60,553 nucleotides of DNA from Thermoplasmata archaeon. Its GTDB lineage: Archaea > Thermoplasmatota > Thermoplasmata > Lutacidiplasmatales > UBA184. The translations under genes were made by a program, and so were the position numbers. Positions 9,565-19,589 of this stretch are shown piece after piece; position 1 is the first letter of the stretch, and each line of letters starts with the position of its first letter. The notes below the pieces were generated by a model that searched no databases, was not told where the DNA came from, and was given only the letters and a program-made list of their open reading frames with translations. The stretch spans positions 96,695-157,247 of the forward strand of contig JAKIVU010000001.1 in the NCBI GenBank assembly GCA_022750375.1. The letters run 5' to 3'.

Positions 9565-9615
9565 ACTGGCGGGGAAGTCCGAGAGGGGCCGCCGGCCCAG
9601 TAGACACTCCGGGAT

Positions 9616-10224
9616 TCAGACGCCCGATCGCTTGCGTCCTCGCGAAGAAGTCGCCCGCGGGGGAGATGGGCCGCCGGCGCCGGGCGCCGCCGAGGAACCG
9701 ATCGCCTCGAGGAGTACATCGAGTTCGTAGGAGCCGTTGTGCCGAATGCCGTTGATGTAGAATGTGGGAGTCCCGTTCACTCCGCTCCGAACACCACTGG
9801 AGAAGTCCTCCTGGACCCGGTCTACGTAGACGGGCCGACGCAACTCTGTAGTGAACGTTTCGCGGTCGACTCCGAGCCCCCGAGCGTAGCGGAGTAGGTC
9901 GGACTCCGTCAGCGCCGTCTGGTGCTCGTAGAGCGTGTCGTGCATCTCCCAAAACTTCCCTTGGGCCCCGACCACTTCGGCCGCTTCCGCCGCCAAGGTC
10001 GCGTGCGGGTGCGCGTTCGCCAGAGGAAAGTTGCGAAACACGAAACGCAACCCTTTCCCCAATCGTTTCTGGACCTCCTTCACGATAGGATAGGCCGCTC
10101 CACAGTAGGGGCACTCGTAGTCTCCGTACTCGAGGAGGGTCGCGGGCGCGGTGGCGACCCCCTGGACGTGATCTCGCGGACCCACCGGCAGAGTGAGACG
10201 AGGGGAATCATCGTCGCCCATCAT
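9616..10224 (-). CDS. DsbA-like thioredoxin-fold protein
   Basis: EYGDYECPYC active site, FRNFPL, GVNGTPTFYING cis-Pro loop; no signal peptide. Confidence 0.9.
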   Translation of the reverse strand: MMGDDDSPRLTLPVGPRDHVQGVATAPATLLEYGDYECPYCGAAYPIVKEVQKRLGKGLRFVFRNFPLANAHPHATLAAEAAEVVGAQGKFWEMHDTLYEHQTALTESDLLRYARGLGVDRETFTTELRRPVYVDRVQEDFSSGVRSGVNGTPTFYINGIRHNGSYELDVLLEAIGSSAAPGAGGPSPPRATSSRGRKRSGV

Positions 10225-10703
10225 TTGGAGGTCTTTCCTTTGCCGAGGCGGTCGAGCGCCGCAAGAATTCCGTTCGCTCCCGGATTAATCCCCGTCGCCG
10301 AAAGGTAGCTCCATCGGATCACGCCTCTCTGGTCAAGAACAAAAAGGGCGCGCTCGCTCTCCCCCTCCCGATCCGAGTAGACGCCGTATCGGCGGGATAC
10401 GTCGCCCTTCGGTTCGAAATCGGCGAGCAGGGGAAAGTGCAGTTTCCGGTCTCGAGCGAACGCGGCGTGGGACCAAACCCCATCCACCGAGATTCCCATG
10501 ATCTCCGCGTCGTACTTCTCAAACTCCGGCAACATTTCGTTGTACATTCCCATCTGGTCCGAACACACGGGACTCCAATCCGCCGGATAGAATGCCAGTA
10601 CTACCGGTCGCCCTCGAAGTTCGCTCAACGAGACCTTCTGGTCGGGGGTGGAAGGGAGAATGAATTCCGGGGCCTGTGTGCCCGCGGGAAGCAGACGATA
10701 CAT
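10221..10703 (-). CDS. Peroxiredoxin (AhpC/TSA, AhpE-like, single Cys)
   Basis: FYPADWSPVC (PxxxS/TxxC), GISVD, FPLLADF, ERALFVLD. Start at ATG 10703; an upstream GTG is possible. 4-bp overlap with the DsbA-like gene. Confidence 0.88.
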   Translation of the reverse strand: MYRLLPAGTQAPEFILPSTPDQKVSLSELRGRPVVLAFYPADWSPVCSDQMGMYNEMLPEFEKYDAEIMGISVDGVWSHAAFARDRKLHFPLLADFEPKGDVSRRYGVYSDREGESERALFVLDQRGVIRWSYLSATGINPGANGILAALDRLGKGKTSK

Positions 10704-10962
10704 GTCCGGGGTGGCGGAAATGCCGCTCGAGCCTACAGACGAGCTTGCGGGCGGCCCTGGACTCTTGGTCCTTTTCGAGAGGTCTGAGCTCGAAGTTCTG
10801 GGGGACACACGGCCCCGACTGACACGGGCGTATTTGAACCGCACAGGGAGCCCGAGGGTGAGGATCACCACGCCGGTTAGATGGCCGAGACAAGAGATCT
10901 CGGACGCTGGTGCGATGGCCGGCGGGATTGGTAGAACGTCTCGGCGGGGCCTGAGCCCACTC

Positions 10963-12237
10963 CTACGCGGGGGTCGCAGTGAACACACAGCCGCGAGTCG
11001 CGTGCTTGGTGGGGTCGGGCTTCGAGACTTCCCAGCGTTGACCGAGCCGGGTCTCCAGCACGGTGCGCATGAGCTGGGGGCACATCACACGGCCGATCTC
11101 CGGCGAGTCCGATGTGCACGCAAAGCAACCCGTCACGCGCAGGGTGAGCGGTCGCTCTCGCGTGACGGCGAGGTGACCCATCGTTTGGGTCTCGTAGTAG
11201 GCGCTCAGCGATTTCGCAACCTTTTCTGGGGTATCGCCCTCGACTTGTCCGGCGATCTCACGGCCCAGCTGGCGGGAGATCGTCTCGATCAACTCGGGCA
11301 AATGGAAGTGGAACTCCCGGACTCCCGAGGCCCGCATCCCGAGCTTCGCGATCTCCTTCAACCGCTGGAACGGGACGGTCTCCTTCCCCAGCAGCACCGG
11401 TAGGGTGGCCGCCGACGGGTTTTCCAGGTCGACGAACCGCGACTCGGATCGTTCCCCAGGAATCCAGAGACGGCGATGATAATCGCGGGCGAGCTGGATG
11501 AACATCGGCGCCGACGACCAGAGCGCCACCTGTTCCTCCCCCGTACGACCGAATCCCTCCTCACCGGAAACATACACCAGCGCTCCCAGCCGGTCGATAA
11601 CGACCGACCGGTTCATGACCGGCCCCGAGGAGTGGCGAAGCTCCGCGAAGGAGGAGAGGTGCTTCGCGTCGACCAGGTTCTGAGGATAGACCTCCGTGAC
11701 GATCCGGACTTTCACGCCGCGCGCGTGGGCCTCGCGCAGCGCCCGGTCGGTCCCCGCGTCGATCACTCGGGGCAGGGAAACGCCACTCGTGCTGAGAAGG
11801 ACCTGTCGTTCCGCGGTGCCGAGACGCTTCAGGAGGAATCGGTGGATCGTCTCGCGACCCTCGAGCACGGCGAACTTGCGCGGGTCCCCCTCATCGAATT
11901 CGGTGCGGGCATCCTCCCAGTCGGTGAGGATCTTGCCCCGGTCCTGTTCGAGCCGGTGGACGTGGTCGGACGCCCGACGGATCCAGCGGTCAAGCAGCTC
12001 GTCGGGGGGGAGGGCCGCGAATCGCATCGGACGACCGCCGGTCGCCCGGAGCAGTCCGTCCGCGGCGAGCTGCTTGATCTGGCGATACGCTTCGACGCGG
12101 CTCACCGCCGAGAGCCGCGCGAGCTCGCTCGCAGTTTGGGGCCCCGCGCGGCACGCCGCGAGGTAGACCCTCCCACCTTTCGCCGGAACGCCGTGCTGGG
12201 CAAGAAGGTCCAAGAGGTCGGAACCCGGCCGCCCCAC
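10963..12237 (-). CDS. TrmB-family regulator with PLD-like effector domain and C-terminal Cys-containing V4R-like domain
   Basis: N-terminal TrmB HTH (VYLA...TASELARLSAVSRVEAYR...L..GL), middle domain (GVKVRIVT, RSVVID), C-terminal GCFAC...VMC...GC. Confidence 0.8.
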   Translation of the reverse strand: MGRPGSDLLDLLAQHGVPAKGGRVYLAACRAGPQTASELARLSAVSRVEAYRQIKQLAADGLLRATGGRPMRFAALPPDELLDRWIRRASDHVHRLEQDRGKILTDWEDARTEFDEGDPRKFAVLEGRETIHRFLLKRLGTAERQVLLSTSGVSLPRVIDAGTDRALREAHARGVKVRIVTEVYPQNLVDAKHLSSFAELRHSSGPVMNRSVVIDRLGALVYVSGEEGFGRTGEEQVALWSSAPMFIQLARDYHRRLWIPGERSESRFVDLENPSAATLPVLLGKETVPFQRLKEIAKLGMRASGVREFHFHLPELIETISRQLGREIAGQVEGDTPEKVAKSLSAYYETQTMGHLAVTRERPLTLRVTGCFACTSDSPEIGRVMCPQLMRTVLETRLGQRWEVSKPDPTKHATRGCVFTATPA

Positions 12238-12290
12238 GCTCTGACGAGCCGACGGGGGGTTAAAACCCTGCCCGAGGACGATCTCTCTCG

Positions 12291-12947
12291 TCAGAGCGCG
12301 GCTTGGAAGTCCTCGATCGTCAGCGTGTACGGGACCTCGGTCCCGCCCCCGCGTCCCTTGAGGATCTCGCGGGCCAGTAGCCAGTAGACCGTCGCGAGCG
12401 CGACGCGCCCCTTGTTGTTGGCCGGGATCACGAGGTCGACGTCCCGCGTCTCGTTGTTCACGTCACAGAGACCGACGACCGGGATTCCGATCGACACGGC
12501 TTCGCTGAGCGCTTGCTGGTCGGTGGCGGGGTCGGTGACGAGGAGGACTTTCGGTTCGAAGTATTCGGCGAGGTTCGGGTTGGTCAGGCATCCCGGGACG
12601 AAGCGCTCGGCGAAGGAGACCGCCCCGGTGGTCTTCGCAAACACCCGCACCGGCTTCTGCCCGTACTGACGTTGGGAGACGACCAGGATCCGGTCGGCCG
12701 GGAAGCGGTTGAGGAACTGGGCGGCGAATCGGATCCGTCGGTCCGTTTCGCGGACGTCCAGGACGTGAAGGCCATCGAAGCGCACCTTGTAGACGAACCG
12801 GCGCATGCTCGCCGACTTCTGCTGGGTGCCGATGTGGACGCCGGAGGTGAGGTAGGTCTCCTCGGGAACCAGGAGCTCGCCGGGACGAATGTCCTGACCG
12901 TCCGTGTCGGCGACCCGCTCCTCCACCATGACCTCGTCGTCGGGCAT
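12291..12947 (-). CDS. rps2: 30S ribosomal protein S2 (uS2)
   Basis: [33 protein letters not shown]. Start at ATG 12947 or 12929. Confidence 0.96.
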   Translation of the reverse strand: MPDDEVMVEERVADTDGQDIRPGELLVPEETYLTSGVHIGTQQKSASMRRFVYKVRFDGLHVLDVRETDRRIRFAAQFLNRFPADRILVVSQRQYGQKPVRVFAKTTGAVSFAERFVPGCLTNPNLAEYFEPKVLLVTDPATDQQALSEAVSIGIPVVGLCDVNNETRDVDLVIPANNKGRVALATVYWLLAREILKGRGGGTEVPYTLTIEDFQAAL

Positions 12948-12951
12948 CCCG

Positions 12952-14166
12952 TTATCCTTCCGTGGCGCGGCGGAGCCGCACGAGTTCATTTAGCTTTGCC
13001 ACCCGCTCTCCGCCGACCACTCCACACTTTAGGGCGCGGGCCCCCGTCCCCAGGGCGACGTGGGCGAGCCACCCTTCCGGTACCTCCCCCGACCGGTGGG
13101 AGGTCACGGTGGCGAGGCCGTGGGCTCGGGCGTAGTCCACCGTGGCGGTCGCGTCGGAGATCGTTCCGACTTGGTTGACCTTGATCAGGACCGCGTTCGA
13201 CGCGCCGCGGGCGACCCCGTCGGTCAGGCGACGCACGTCGGTCGTGTAAATGTCGTCCCCTACCACCAGGGCCTTCTTCCCCACCGCGCGGGTCACGGCC
13301 GCGAATCCGTCGAACGACTCCTCGTCGAGCGGGTCCTCGAGATACCGGAGCCGGTAACGGTCGACGAGTTCCCCGACATAGGCGACCTGACCTTCCGTGT
13401 CGAGCGTACGATCCTTGTAGCGATACGATCCGTCGCGGAAGAACTCGCTTGCGGCGAGGTCGAGGCCGGGATGGACCTCCACGTGGAGATCGTCCCTCGT
13501 ACGTGCGCACGCGTCGGTGAGGACGCCGAGGGCCTCCTCGTTGGAGAGCGGGGCTACCCAGCCCCCTTCGTCGCCGCGACCGAGCGCCACGGTGGGGAGA
13601 CGCCGATGCAACTCGGCGCCGATCAACCCGTGGACGTGGATCGCCGCCGCTACGGATTTCCGTGGGTCCGGCGATTCCGCGTAGGCGATGAACTCCTGGA
13701 TGTCCGGACCGCCGATCGCGTGCGCGCCTCCGTTCATGCAATTCCCGACGATCGCCGGGAACGAAGTTCCGTCCACGCCCGGCCGCGCAAGGACCTGCCA
13801 CAACGGGCGGTGCGTCTCTTCCGCGTACGCCATCGCGTTCGCGACCGAGATCGCCGTCGCGGTGTTCCCTCCGATCCGGCCGAAATCGGGGGTTCCGTCT
13901 ACCTCGTGAAGTGTACGATCGATCGCTGCCTGATCGCCAGGGTCCAAGCCGACCAACGCGGGCCCGACGTGCGTGCGGGCCGTTGCTACTGCTTCGGGAA
14001 CGCCCCCGGGAGGAAAGGCTCGCACCTCGTGGGTTCCCGTGCTCGCGCCGCTCGGCGCCCCGGCCCGTGCCCGGGCGCGCGAGTCGAGCACAACGGTCGC
14101 CTCGACCGTTGCGCGGCCCCGACTATCGAACAACGACTCGACGACGACCGTAGAAATCCGGCTCAT
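12952..14166 (-). CDS. eno: Enolase (phosphopyruvate hydratase)
   Basis: [45 protein letters not shown]. Start ATG 14166 overlaps the mce stop. Confidence 0.95.
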   Translation of the reverse strand: MSRISTVVVESLFDSRGRATVEATVVLDSRARARAGAPSGASTGTHEVRAFPPGGVPEAVATARTHVGPALVGLDPGDQAAIDRTLHEVDGTPDFGRIGGNTATAISVANAMAYAEETHRPLWQVLARPGVDGTSFPAIVGNCMNGGAHAIGGPDIQEFIAYAESPDPRKSVAAAIHVHGLIGAELHRRLPTVALGRGDEGGWVAPLSNEEALGVLTDACARTRDDLHVEVHPGLDLAASEFFRDGSYRYKDRTLDTEGQVAYVGELVDRYRLRYLEDPLDEESFDGFAAVTRAVGKKALVVGDDIYTTDVRRLTDGVARGASNAVLIKVNQVGTISDATATVDYARAHGLATVTSHRSGEVPEGWLAHVALGTGARALKCGVVGGERVAKLNELVRLRRATEG

Positions 14167-14558
14167 GGACCTTCCACAAACTCGACCAGCACGCCCCCGA
14201 ACGCCGAAGGGTGGGCGAAACCGACGCGGCGGCCGCGAGCGCCGGGGCGCGCGCGCTCGTCCACGACCCGCAGTCCGCGAGCGCGGACCTCGGCGAGGGC
14301 GGTGTCGACTCTGGGCACCGAGAACGCAAGATGGTGAACCCCGGGTCCCCGGCTCTCGAGGAAGCGTGCCACGGGAGAGGTCTCGTCCGCCGGTTCGAGG
14401 AGCTCGATATGGGTCTCTCCGACGGCGACGAAGGCCACCCGGACCCGGTTCGAGGGGACTTCCTCCGGCGGGCTCTCGGGTGGGCCGACCAGGGGACGCC
14501 ACTGTTCGATGGCGGCCGCCAGGTTCGGGACGGCAATCCCCACATGGTCGAGCTTCAC
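14163..14558 (-). CDS. mce: Methylmalonyl-CoA epimerase
   Basis: LDHVGIAV, IELLEP, GPGVHHLAF.V, GARG..V.FAHP...GVLVEFVE; adjacent to the mutase. Confidence 0.93.
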   Translation of the reverse strand: MKLDHVGIAVPNLAAAIEQWRPLVGPPESPPEEVPSNRVRVAFVAVGETHIELLEPADETSPVARFLESRGPGVHHLAFSVPRVDTALAEVRARGLRVVDERARPGARGRRVGFAHPSAFGGVLVEFVEGP

Positions 14559-14570
14559 CGGGACCTCCGC

Positions 14571-16250
14571 TCAGAACGCGCGGGACGGCTTATGCTCGCC
14601 GAACAGTCCGCGCCAGACGTCGGCGACCTCGCCGAGCGTGGCCCCGGCGTTGATGCTCGCGAGCACGGGCGGGAGGACGTTCTCTCCGTCGCGCGTCGCC
14701 TGCTCCAGGCGCGCGATCGCGGCGCGAAACTTCGCCGAGTCGCGCTCCTTTCTCCAGCGCCGAACCTGTCCGACCTGCCGCTGCTCCTCCGCGGGGGTGA
14801 TTCGCTGCACCGCGACACCACGACCCCCTACCTCAGGGAAGAGAGTGAAGTCGGTGTTACCGTCGGTGAACTCGTTCACTCCGACGACGACTTCTTGGTG
14901 CGCCTCGCGCGCCCGGGCGATTCGGTAGGCTTCGCGGGCGATCTCGGAGGCGAGGAAGCCGCGCTCGATCGCGAGCAACGCCCCTCCCATCTCTTCGATC
15001 CGGGCGAGATACTCGCGCGCCTCGCGCTCGATGCGGTCCGTCAGGTACTCGATCTCGTACGCTCCCCCGAGCGGGTCGACGGTGTTCGTTACCCCGGACT
15101 CCTCGGCAAGGATCTGCTGGGTCCGGAGCGCCAATCGGGCCGACGGCTCGGTCGGAAGACCGAGCGCCTCGTCCAGGGCGTTCGTGTGGAGCGACTGCGT
15201 GCCACCGAGCACGGCGGCAAGCGCCTCGAGCGTCGTGCGCACCACGTTCAGTTCCGGCTGCTGCGCGGTGAGGCTCGAGCCGGCGGTCTGCGTATGGAAC
15301 CGGAGCTGTTTGGATCGGGCGGAACGCGCGCCGAATGTCTCCTGAACGATCGTCGCCCACAATCTCCGGGCGGCGCGGTACTTCGCGATCTCCTCGAGAA
15401 AATTGCGGTCCGACGAGAAGAAGAACGAGAGGCGGGGAAGGAATTCGTCGAGGTCGAGGCCGCGTTCCTGCACCGCTCGGACGTACGCGATCGCGTTGGC
15501 GATCGTGAAGGCGACCTCCTGGACCGCCGTGGCCCCCGCTTCGCGCATGTGGTAGCCGGAGACGGAGATGTAGTTCCATTGCGGCATCTCGCGCGTGGCG
15601 AACTCGATCAAGTCGACCGCGAGGCGGAGCGACGCCTTCGGAGGGTAGATGTAGGTCCCGCGGGCGACGTACTCCTTTAGTATGTCATTCTGGACGGTGC
15701 CGCCCAGCCGGGCTCGCGGGACGCCGCTCTCCTCGGCGACCGCGACCAGGAGGGCGGTGAGGATCGGTGCGGTGGCGTTGATCGTCATCGAGACCGTAGC
15801 TTTGTCGAGGGGGAGACCCCGGAAGAGGGTCCGCATATCCCCGAGGGAGGCGATCGGGACGCCGCACCGGCCCACCTCTCCCACGGCCCGCGTGTGGTCA
15901 GAGTCGTAGCCGTTCTGCGTCGGGAGGTCGAACGCGACCGAGAGCCCGGTCTGTCCGCCTTTCAGAAGGAAATGGAATCGGCGGTTGGTCGCCTCGGCGC
16001 TTCCGAAGCCGGAGTACTGCCGAAGGGTCCAGAGCCGGCCCCGGTACATCGTCGGCTGGATCCCTCGCGTGTACGGGTACGACCCGGGAAATCCGACCTT
16101 GTCGAGGAACTCTCCGTCGGGGTCGTCGGGGGGTCCCACGAGGAGCGGAAGCTGACCTCCCTCGACCTTCGGGCCGATCGCCGCACGCGCGTCGGCCTCC
16201 CAACGCGCGCGGCCGGTCGCCTTCTTGGACGGTCGCCGGGAGCGGGCCAT
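14571..16250 (-). CDS. Methylmalonyl-CoA mutase, large (substrate-binding) subunit
   Basis: YPYTRG, WTLRQYSGFG, GLSVAFDLPTQ.GYDSD, QNDILKEY.ARG, GGTQSLHTN; no cobalamin-binding domain (split archaeal type). Confidence 0.93.
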   Translation of the reverse strand: MARSRRPSKKATGRARWEADARAAIGPKVEGGQLPLLVGPPDDPDGEFLDKVGFPGSYPYTRGIQPTMYRGRLWTLRQYSGFGSAEATNRRFHFLLKGGQTGLSVAFDLPTQNGYDSDHTRAVGEVGRCGVPIASLGDMRTLFRGLPLDKATVSMTINATAPILTALLVAVAEESGVPRARLGGTVQNDILKEYVARGTYIYPPKASLRLAVDLIEFATREMPQWNYISVSGYHMREAGATAVQEVAFTIANAIAYVRAVQERGLDLDEFLPRLSFFFSSDRNFLEEIAKYRAARRLWATIVQETFGARSARSKQLRFHTQTAGSSLTAQQPELNVVRTTLEALAAVLGGTQSLHTNALDEALGLPTEPSARLALRTQQILAEESGVTNTVDPLGGAYEIEYLTDRIEREAREYLARIEEMGGALLAIERGFLASEIAREAYRIARAREAHQEVVVGVNEFTDGNTDFTLFPEVGGRGVAVQRITPAEEQRQVGQVRRWRKERDSAKFRAAIARLEQATRDGENVLPPVLASINAGATLGEVADVWRGLFGEHKPSRAF

Positions 16251-16279
16251 CGCCGTCGGACCGGGGGGCTCTATTAATC

Positions 16280-17968
16280 CTATTCGCGGCCGCCGAGGAG
16301 AGGGAAGAGCTGGGTCAGGTCGAGCTCGGCCCAGGCGACGGGCACCGGCACCCCCATCCCCGCAAGAACTCCGGGGTGGACCTCGCCTACCTCTCCCACC
16401 GTCTCTCCTGCGACCCGCACCCGGGCCGCGCGCCCGGGTGTCATTCCCGGCAGCTCGGCGGGTTCACGCACCGCTCCGATGTCCAGCGTCCGGAGCAGGT
16501 AATCGAGCAGCGCCGCCGCATCGGCGAATCCGGCCGTCTCTCGCGCCAGTATCATTCCCGCGTGGTACCGGGTCTCCCCGCCGGCCTCGGCGGTCGGGAG
16601 CGGGACGATCACCGGCGCCACCTCGCCGAACGTCTGGGGGTAGCCGTGCCGCGTATTCCGGCTCAGGACCTCGAGGTGCGACAACAGCAGGCGATCCCGA
16701 ACGTACGCGAACTCCGAGGACGGTGGGTTCGAGAGCCGTATCGGGGCCGCGCCGGGGACGCGTTGCACCGCATTTTCGGAGACGAGGAGTGACGTATAGG
16801 GAGCGGCGAGCCCGAGCCCGAGCAGCGCCGTGGCGATGCGCCGGCGGAACACGGACTCCCGTCGGCGACGTCCGCGCGTGAGGCCGGCGGGCACGATCCC
16901 CTCCTCCGGTTGGATCACCTGGGCGAGGATCACCTCCTCGATCAGGTCGACCCCCGTCAGGAGGTCCGGCCTCCACGAGGGCACGTCGACCTTCCAGCCT
17001 CCGGAGTGGGCGTGCGCGGTCAGCCGGATCCGGCCCAAGCGCCGCTCGACTTCCCCGGGGGCGTAGAACGTACCGGACAGCGAATGCAGCGCCTCTGCCA
17101 GCAGGTCCACCGATCGTGGCGTGAAGACGTCGCGGCCGTCGGAGGAAGTCCCTACCTCGGTCCGGAGGGGAACAGGAGCGACCGACCAGCCCCGACTCAC
17201 GAAGACGACCAGCAGGAGCCCGAGGGCCTCGCGGACCGTTCGCTCGCGGATGCCGGTCGATTCGAGCAGGAGGACTCGGTCGCCCACGCGCGCCTCCCCG
17301 CCGGTCCGGCCGTTGAGGATTGGCGGAAGACTGAGGACCGTCCCGTTCGAGTCACGGATCGTCAGGCACGCGTTCTCGACGCGTCCGAGCACCCCGTACT
17401 TCGTCGCCATCGGGTGGTCACGGAAGAACTCCTCGCCGGAGACCTCCTCCGAGGCGCCGAGAGGGACGAAACGAACGCCCCGCAGCGATTCGAGGGCGTA
17501 TCGGAACGGTGGGACGAGACGCTCGTAGGGGTAGATACCGAGGCTCGCCGCCCGTCGGTCCCTTCCGAGGGTCGCATGCAAAAGCTCCTGGAACCGCACG
17601 GCCTCGGCGAGGGTGCCTTCATCGAGGCCGGCGTCGGTGGGCGCGGTGATGAGCACGCCGGCGATCGCGGGCCGGAGCGCGTGCACCGATGGGTCGACCT
17701 CGAACGAAGGCGCGGTGCCGAGTCCCTCAACGATGTGTGGGCGCAGGATCCCCTTCGCGTGGTCGGTCGCGCCCTCGACGTAGAGTGCCAAGCCCCCCTC
17801 GGAGAGGAGGTCGAGCCGGTCCGGCGTGACCGAGACGGTGAGCGTGTCGGCGTCCTGCGCTTCCAACTCGGCCTTGGAAACCGACAAGATGTCTTCGAGC
17901 GCTGCGGCGGAGAGCGGTTGGGGAAGCCGTCCCGTCACCCGTTCACGGCAGAGTACCGACTGCGGCAA
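16280..17968 (-). CDS. pheT: Phenylalanine--tRNA ligase beta subunit
   Basis: TPDRLDLLSE.G, FQE.LH...GRDRR, VLSLPPILN, VPSWRPDL...DLIEEV, GEVHP. TTG start at 17968 just after pheS. Confidence 0.9.
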   Translation of the reverse strand: MPQSVLCRERVTGRLPQPLSAAALEDILSVSKAELEAQDADTLTVSVTPDRLDLLSEGGLALYVEGATDHAKGILRPHIVEGLGTAPSFEVDPSVHALRPAIAGVLITAPTDAGLDEGTLAEAVRFQELLHATLGRDRRAASLGIYPYERLVPPFRYALESLRGVRFVPLGASEEVSGEEFFRDHPMATKYGVLGRVENACLTIRDSNGTVLSLPPILNGRTGGEARVGDRVLLLESTGIRERTVREALGLLLVVFVSRGWSVAPVPLRTEVGTSSDGRDVFTPRSVDLLAEALHSLSGTFYAPGEVERRLGRIRLTAHAHSGGWKVDVPSWRPDLLTGVDLIEEVILAQVIQPEEGIVPAGLTRGRRRRESVFRRRIATALLGLGLAAPYTSLLVSENAVQRVPGAAPIRLSNPPSSEFAYVRDRLLLSHLEVLSRNTRHGYPQTFGEVAPVIVPLPTAEAGGETRYHAGMILARETAGFADAAALLDYLLRTLDIGAVREPAELPGMTPGRAARVRVAGETVGEVGEVHPGVLAGMGVPVPVAWAELDLTQLFPLLGGRE

Positions 17969-17970
17969 GG

Positions 17971-19500
17971 TTAGGGCCCCCCACCGCGCAAACGGTCGAG
18001 GTCGTCCTCGAACAGGTCCCGGATGTCGTTGCATCCGAGCGCGACCATCGCGAGTCGAGTGATCCCGATCCCCCACGCGGCGACCGGAACTTCCACGCCG
18101 AGCGGCCGTAGGACCTCCGGACGGAACATCCCGCCCGGCAACACTTCCATCCAGCCGAGTCGCGGATGGCGGACATACCCCTCCACCGACGGTTCCGTGA
18201 AGGGAAAGTAGCTGGGTCGGATCTTGAGCTCTCGGATGCCGATCGCCTCCGCGAGCGCTCCGAACATCCCCACGAGGTGGCGAATGCTGGTCCCCTCGCC
18301 GCCGAGCACGCCCTCGCACTGACCGAACTCCACGCCGTGACGTGCGTCTACCTCTTCGCGCCGGAAGTTTCGGTCGATCGAGTACATCCGGAACGGCGGG
18401 CGCGGGTGCCCGGCGAGAAAGCGTGCGGAGACGGCCGTCGTCTGGGAGCGGAGCACGGGGCGTGCAGCGATCGTCGGGTCGTACTCCCCACCCCACCCTG
18501 GGCCGACCGGCGTCGGCTCCCCCGGCAGTGGTCGACCGTCGTGCACATCGGCCACCCTTCCGAGCAGGTCCGCCGGTGGAAGATGTCCCTGAATCCCGTT
18601 CAGGGAGAGCGCGTCGTGGATCGAGCGTGCCGGGTGGTCCTGCGGCATGTTGAGGACGTCGTTGTTCCAGAACTCGGTCTCGAGCAGGGGGCCCTCCGCT
18701 TGCTCGAATCCGAGGCCGATCAGGATCTCCTCGAACTCCTCGAGCCACGCGACATACGGGTTCGGGCGAGCGGCGGTCAAGAACGGTACCGGCGCCCGAA
18801 CATCGTAAGGCCGGAACGTGTGATCCCTCCACGCGCCGGAAGCGAGCAAGACCGGGGTCAGGGCGCCGAGCATCTCCTCCCCTTCCGCCGGGACGGTCAG
18901 CCGTCGACCTTCTTCGGACGGGGACCAGCGTTTGATCGAACGGCGTTCCGTGCGGACGAGGCCACGACGCTCGAGCGCGGAAACGATCGCCTCATCGACC
19001 TCCTCCTCCTCGTTCACCAATTGCTTGAGAACGACCTCTTCCGGCAGGAGCGTCGGCCGCGACGCATCGCCCTTGCGCAGTCGGAACGGCATCCCGTCCT
19101 CGAGCAGTCCCCGGCGTCGTAGGATTCCGATCGCCGCGGAGCGCTCCTCTTCGTCGAGGCCCTCCGCTGCCGCGGTCTCGGGGGTCAGGGTCCCGCCGTG
19201 TCGATCGAGCGCCGCGAGGAACCGCCGCTCGGGCAGACCGCGAGCCAGCGCCGTCTCACCGCGCGGGGTCAGTCGACGGGTGGTCAGGTGCTCTTCTTCG
19301 ACCGCCACCAGGTGCTTTGCCCGCAGTCGTTGGAGACTCCCGCGTACCTGGTCGAGGCCGAGGCCGGTCCGGCTCGCGAGCTCCTCCTCTTCGATGGACA
19401 ACTCTGGAGTCGATCGAAGTGCGACCAGCACCGAACGCTCGGGCCCCGAGAGGGTCACCGGGGCCGCCCCGTCCGATGCACCTTCCGATGCACCGGGCAC
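17971..19500 (-). CDS. pheS: Phenylalanine--tRNA ligase alpha subunit
   Basis: FWNND.L.MPQDHPAR, LRSQTTAVS, FRRE.VDA.H..EF.Q.EG, PSYFPFTEPSVE, AWGIGITRL. Start GTG 19500 chosen from TATA spacing (alternative 19512). Confidence 0.95.
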   Translation of the reverse strand: MPGASEGASDGAAPVTLSGPERSVLVALRSTPELSIEEEELASRTGLGLDQVRGSLQRLRAKHLVAVEEEHLTTRRLTPRGETALARGLPERRFLAALDRHGGTLTPETAAAEGLDEEERSAAIGILRRRGLLEDGMPFRLRKGDASRPTLLPEEVVLKQLVNEEEEVDEAIVSALERRGLVRTERRSIKRWSPSEEGRRLTVPAEGEEMLGALTPVLLASGAWRDHTFRPYDVRAPVPFLTAARPNPYVAWLEEFEEILIGLGFEQAEGPLLETEFWNNDVLNMPQDHPARSIHDALSLNGIQGHLPPADLLGRVADVHDGRPLPGEPTPVGPGWGGEYDPTIAARPVLRSQTTAVSARFLAGHPRPPFRMYSIDRNFRREEVDARHGVEFGQCEGVLGGEGTSIRHLVGMFGALAEAIGIRELKIRPSYFPFTEPSVEGYVRHPRLGWMEVLPGGMFRPEVLRPLGVEVPVAAWGIGITRLAMVALGCNDIRDLFEDDLDRLRGGGP

Positions 19501-19589
19501 GAGGTCGACCAAGAGGGAGCGCGATTAAGTCTTTTCCCGCGGCGCGCCGGTAGGGCCTTGGGGATTTCTCGGCGACCGGTCTCGGACCT

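Noticed and set aside
17969-18832. N-terminal extension of pheT in the ORF track (850 aa)
   Set aside because: Overlaps pheS out of frame; PheT homology begins at TTG 17968.
19475-19496. Short tandem duplication TCCGATGCACC in the pheS 5' end
   Set aside because: Two copies of a 12-nt unit in an unconserved N-terminal tail; no sign of function.
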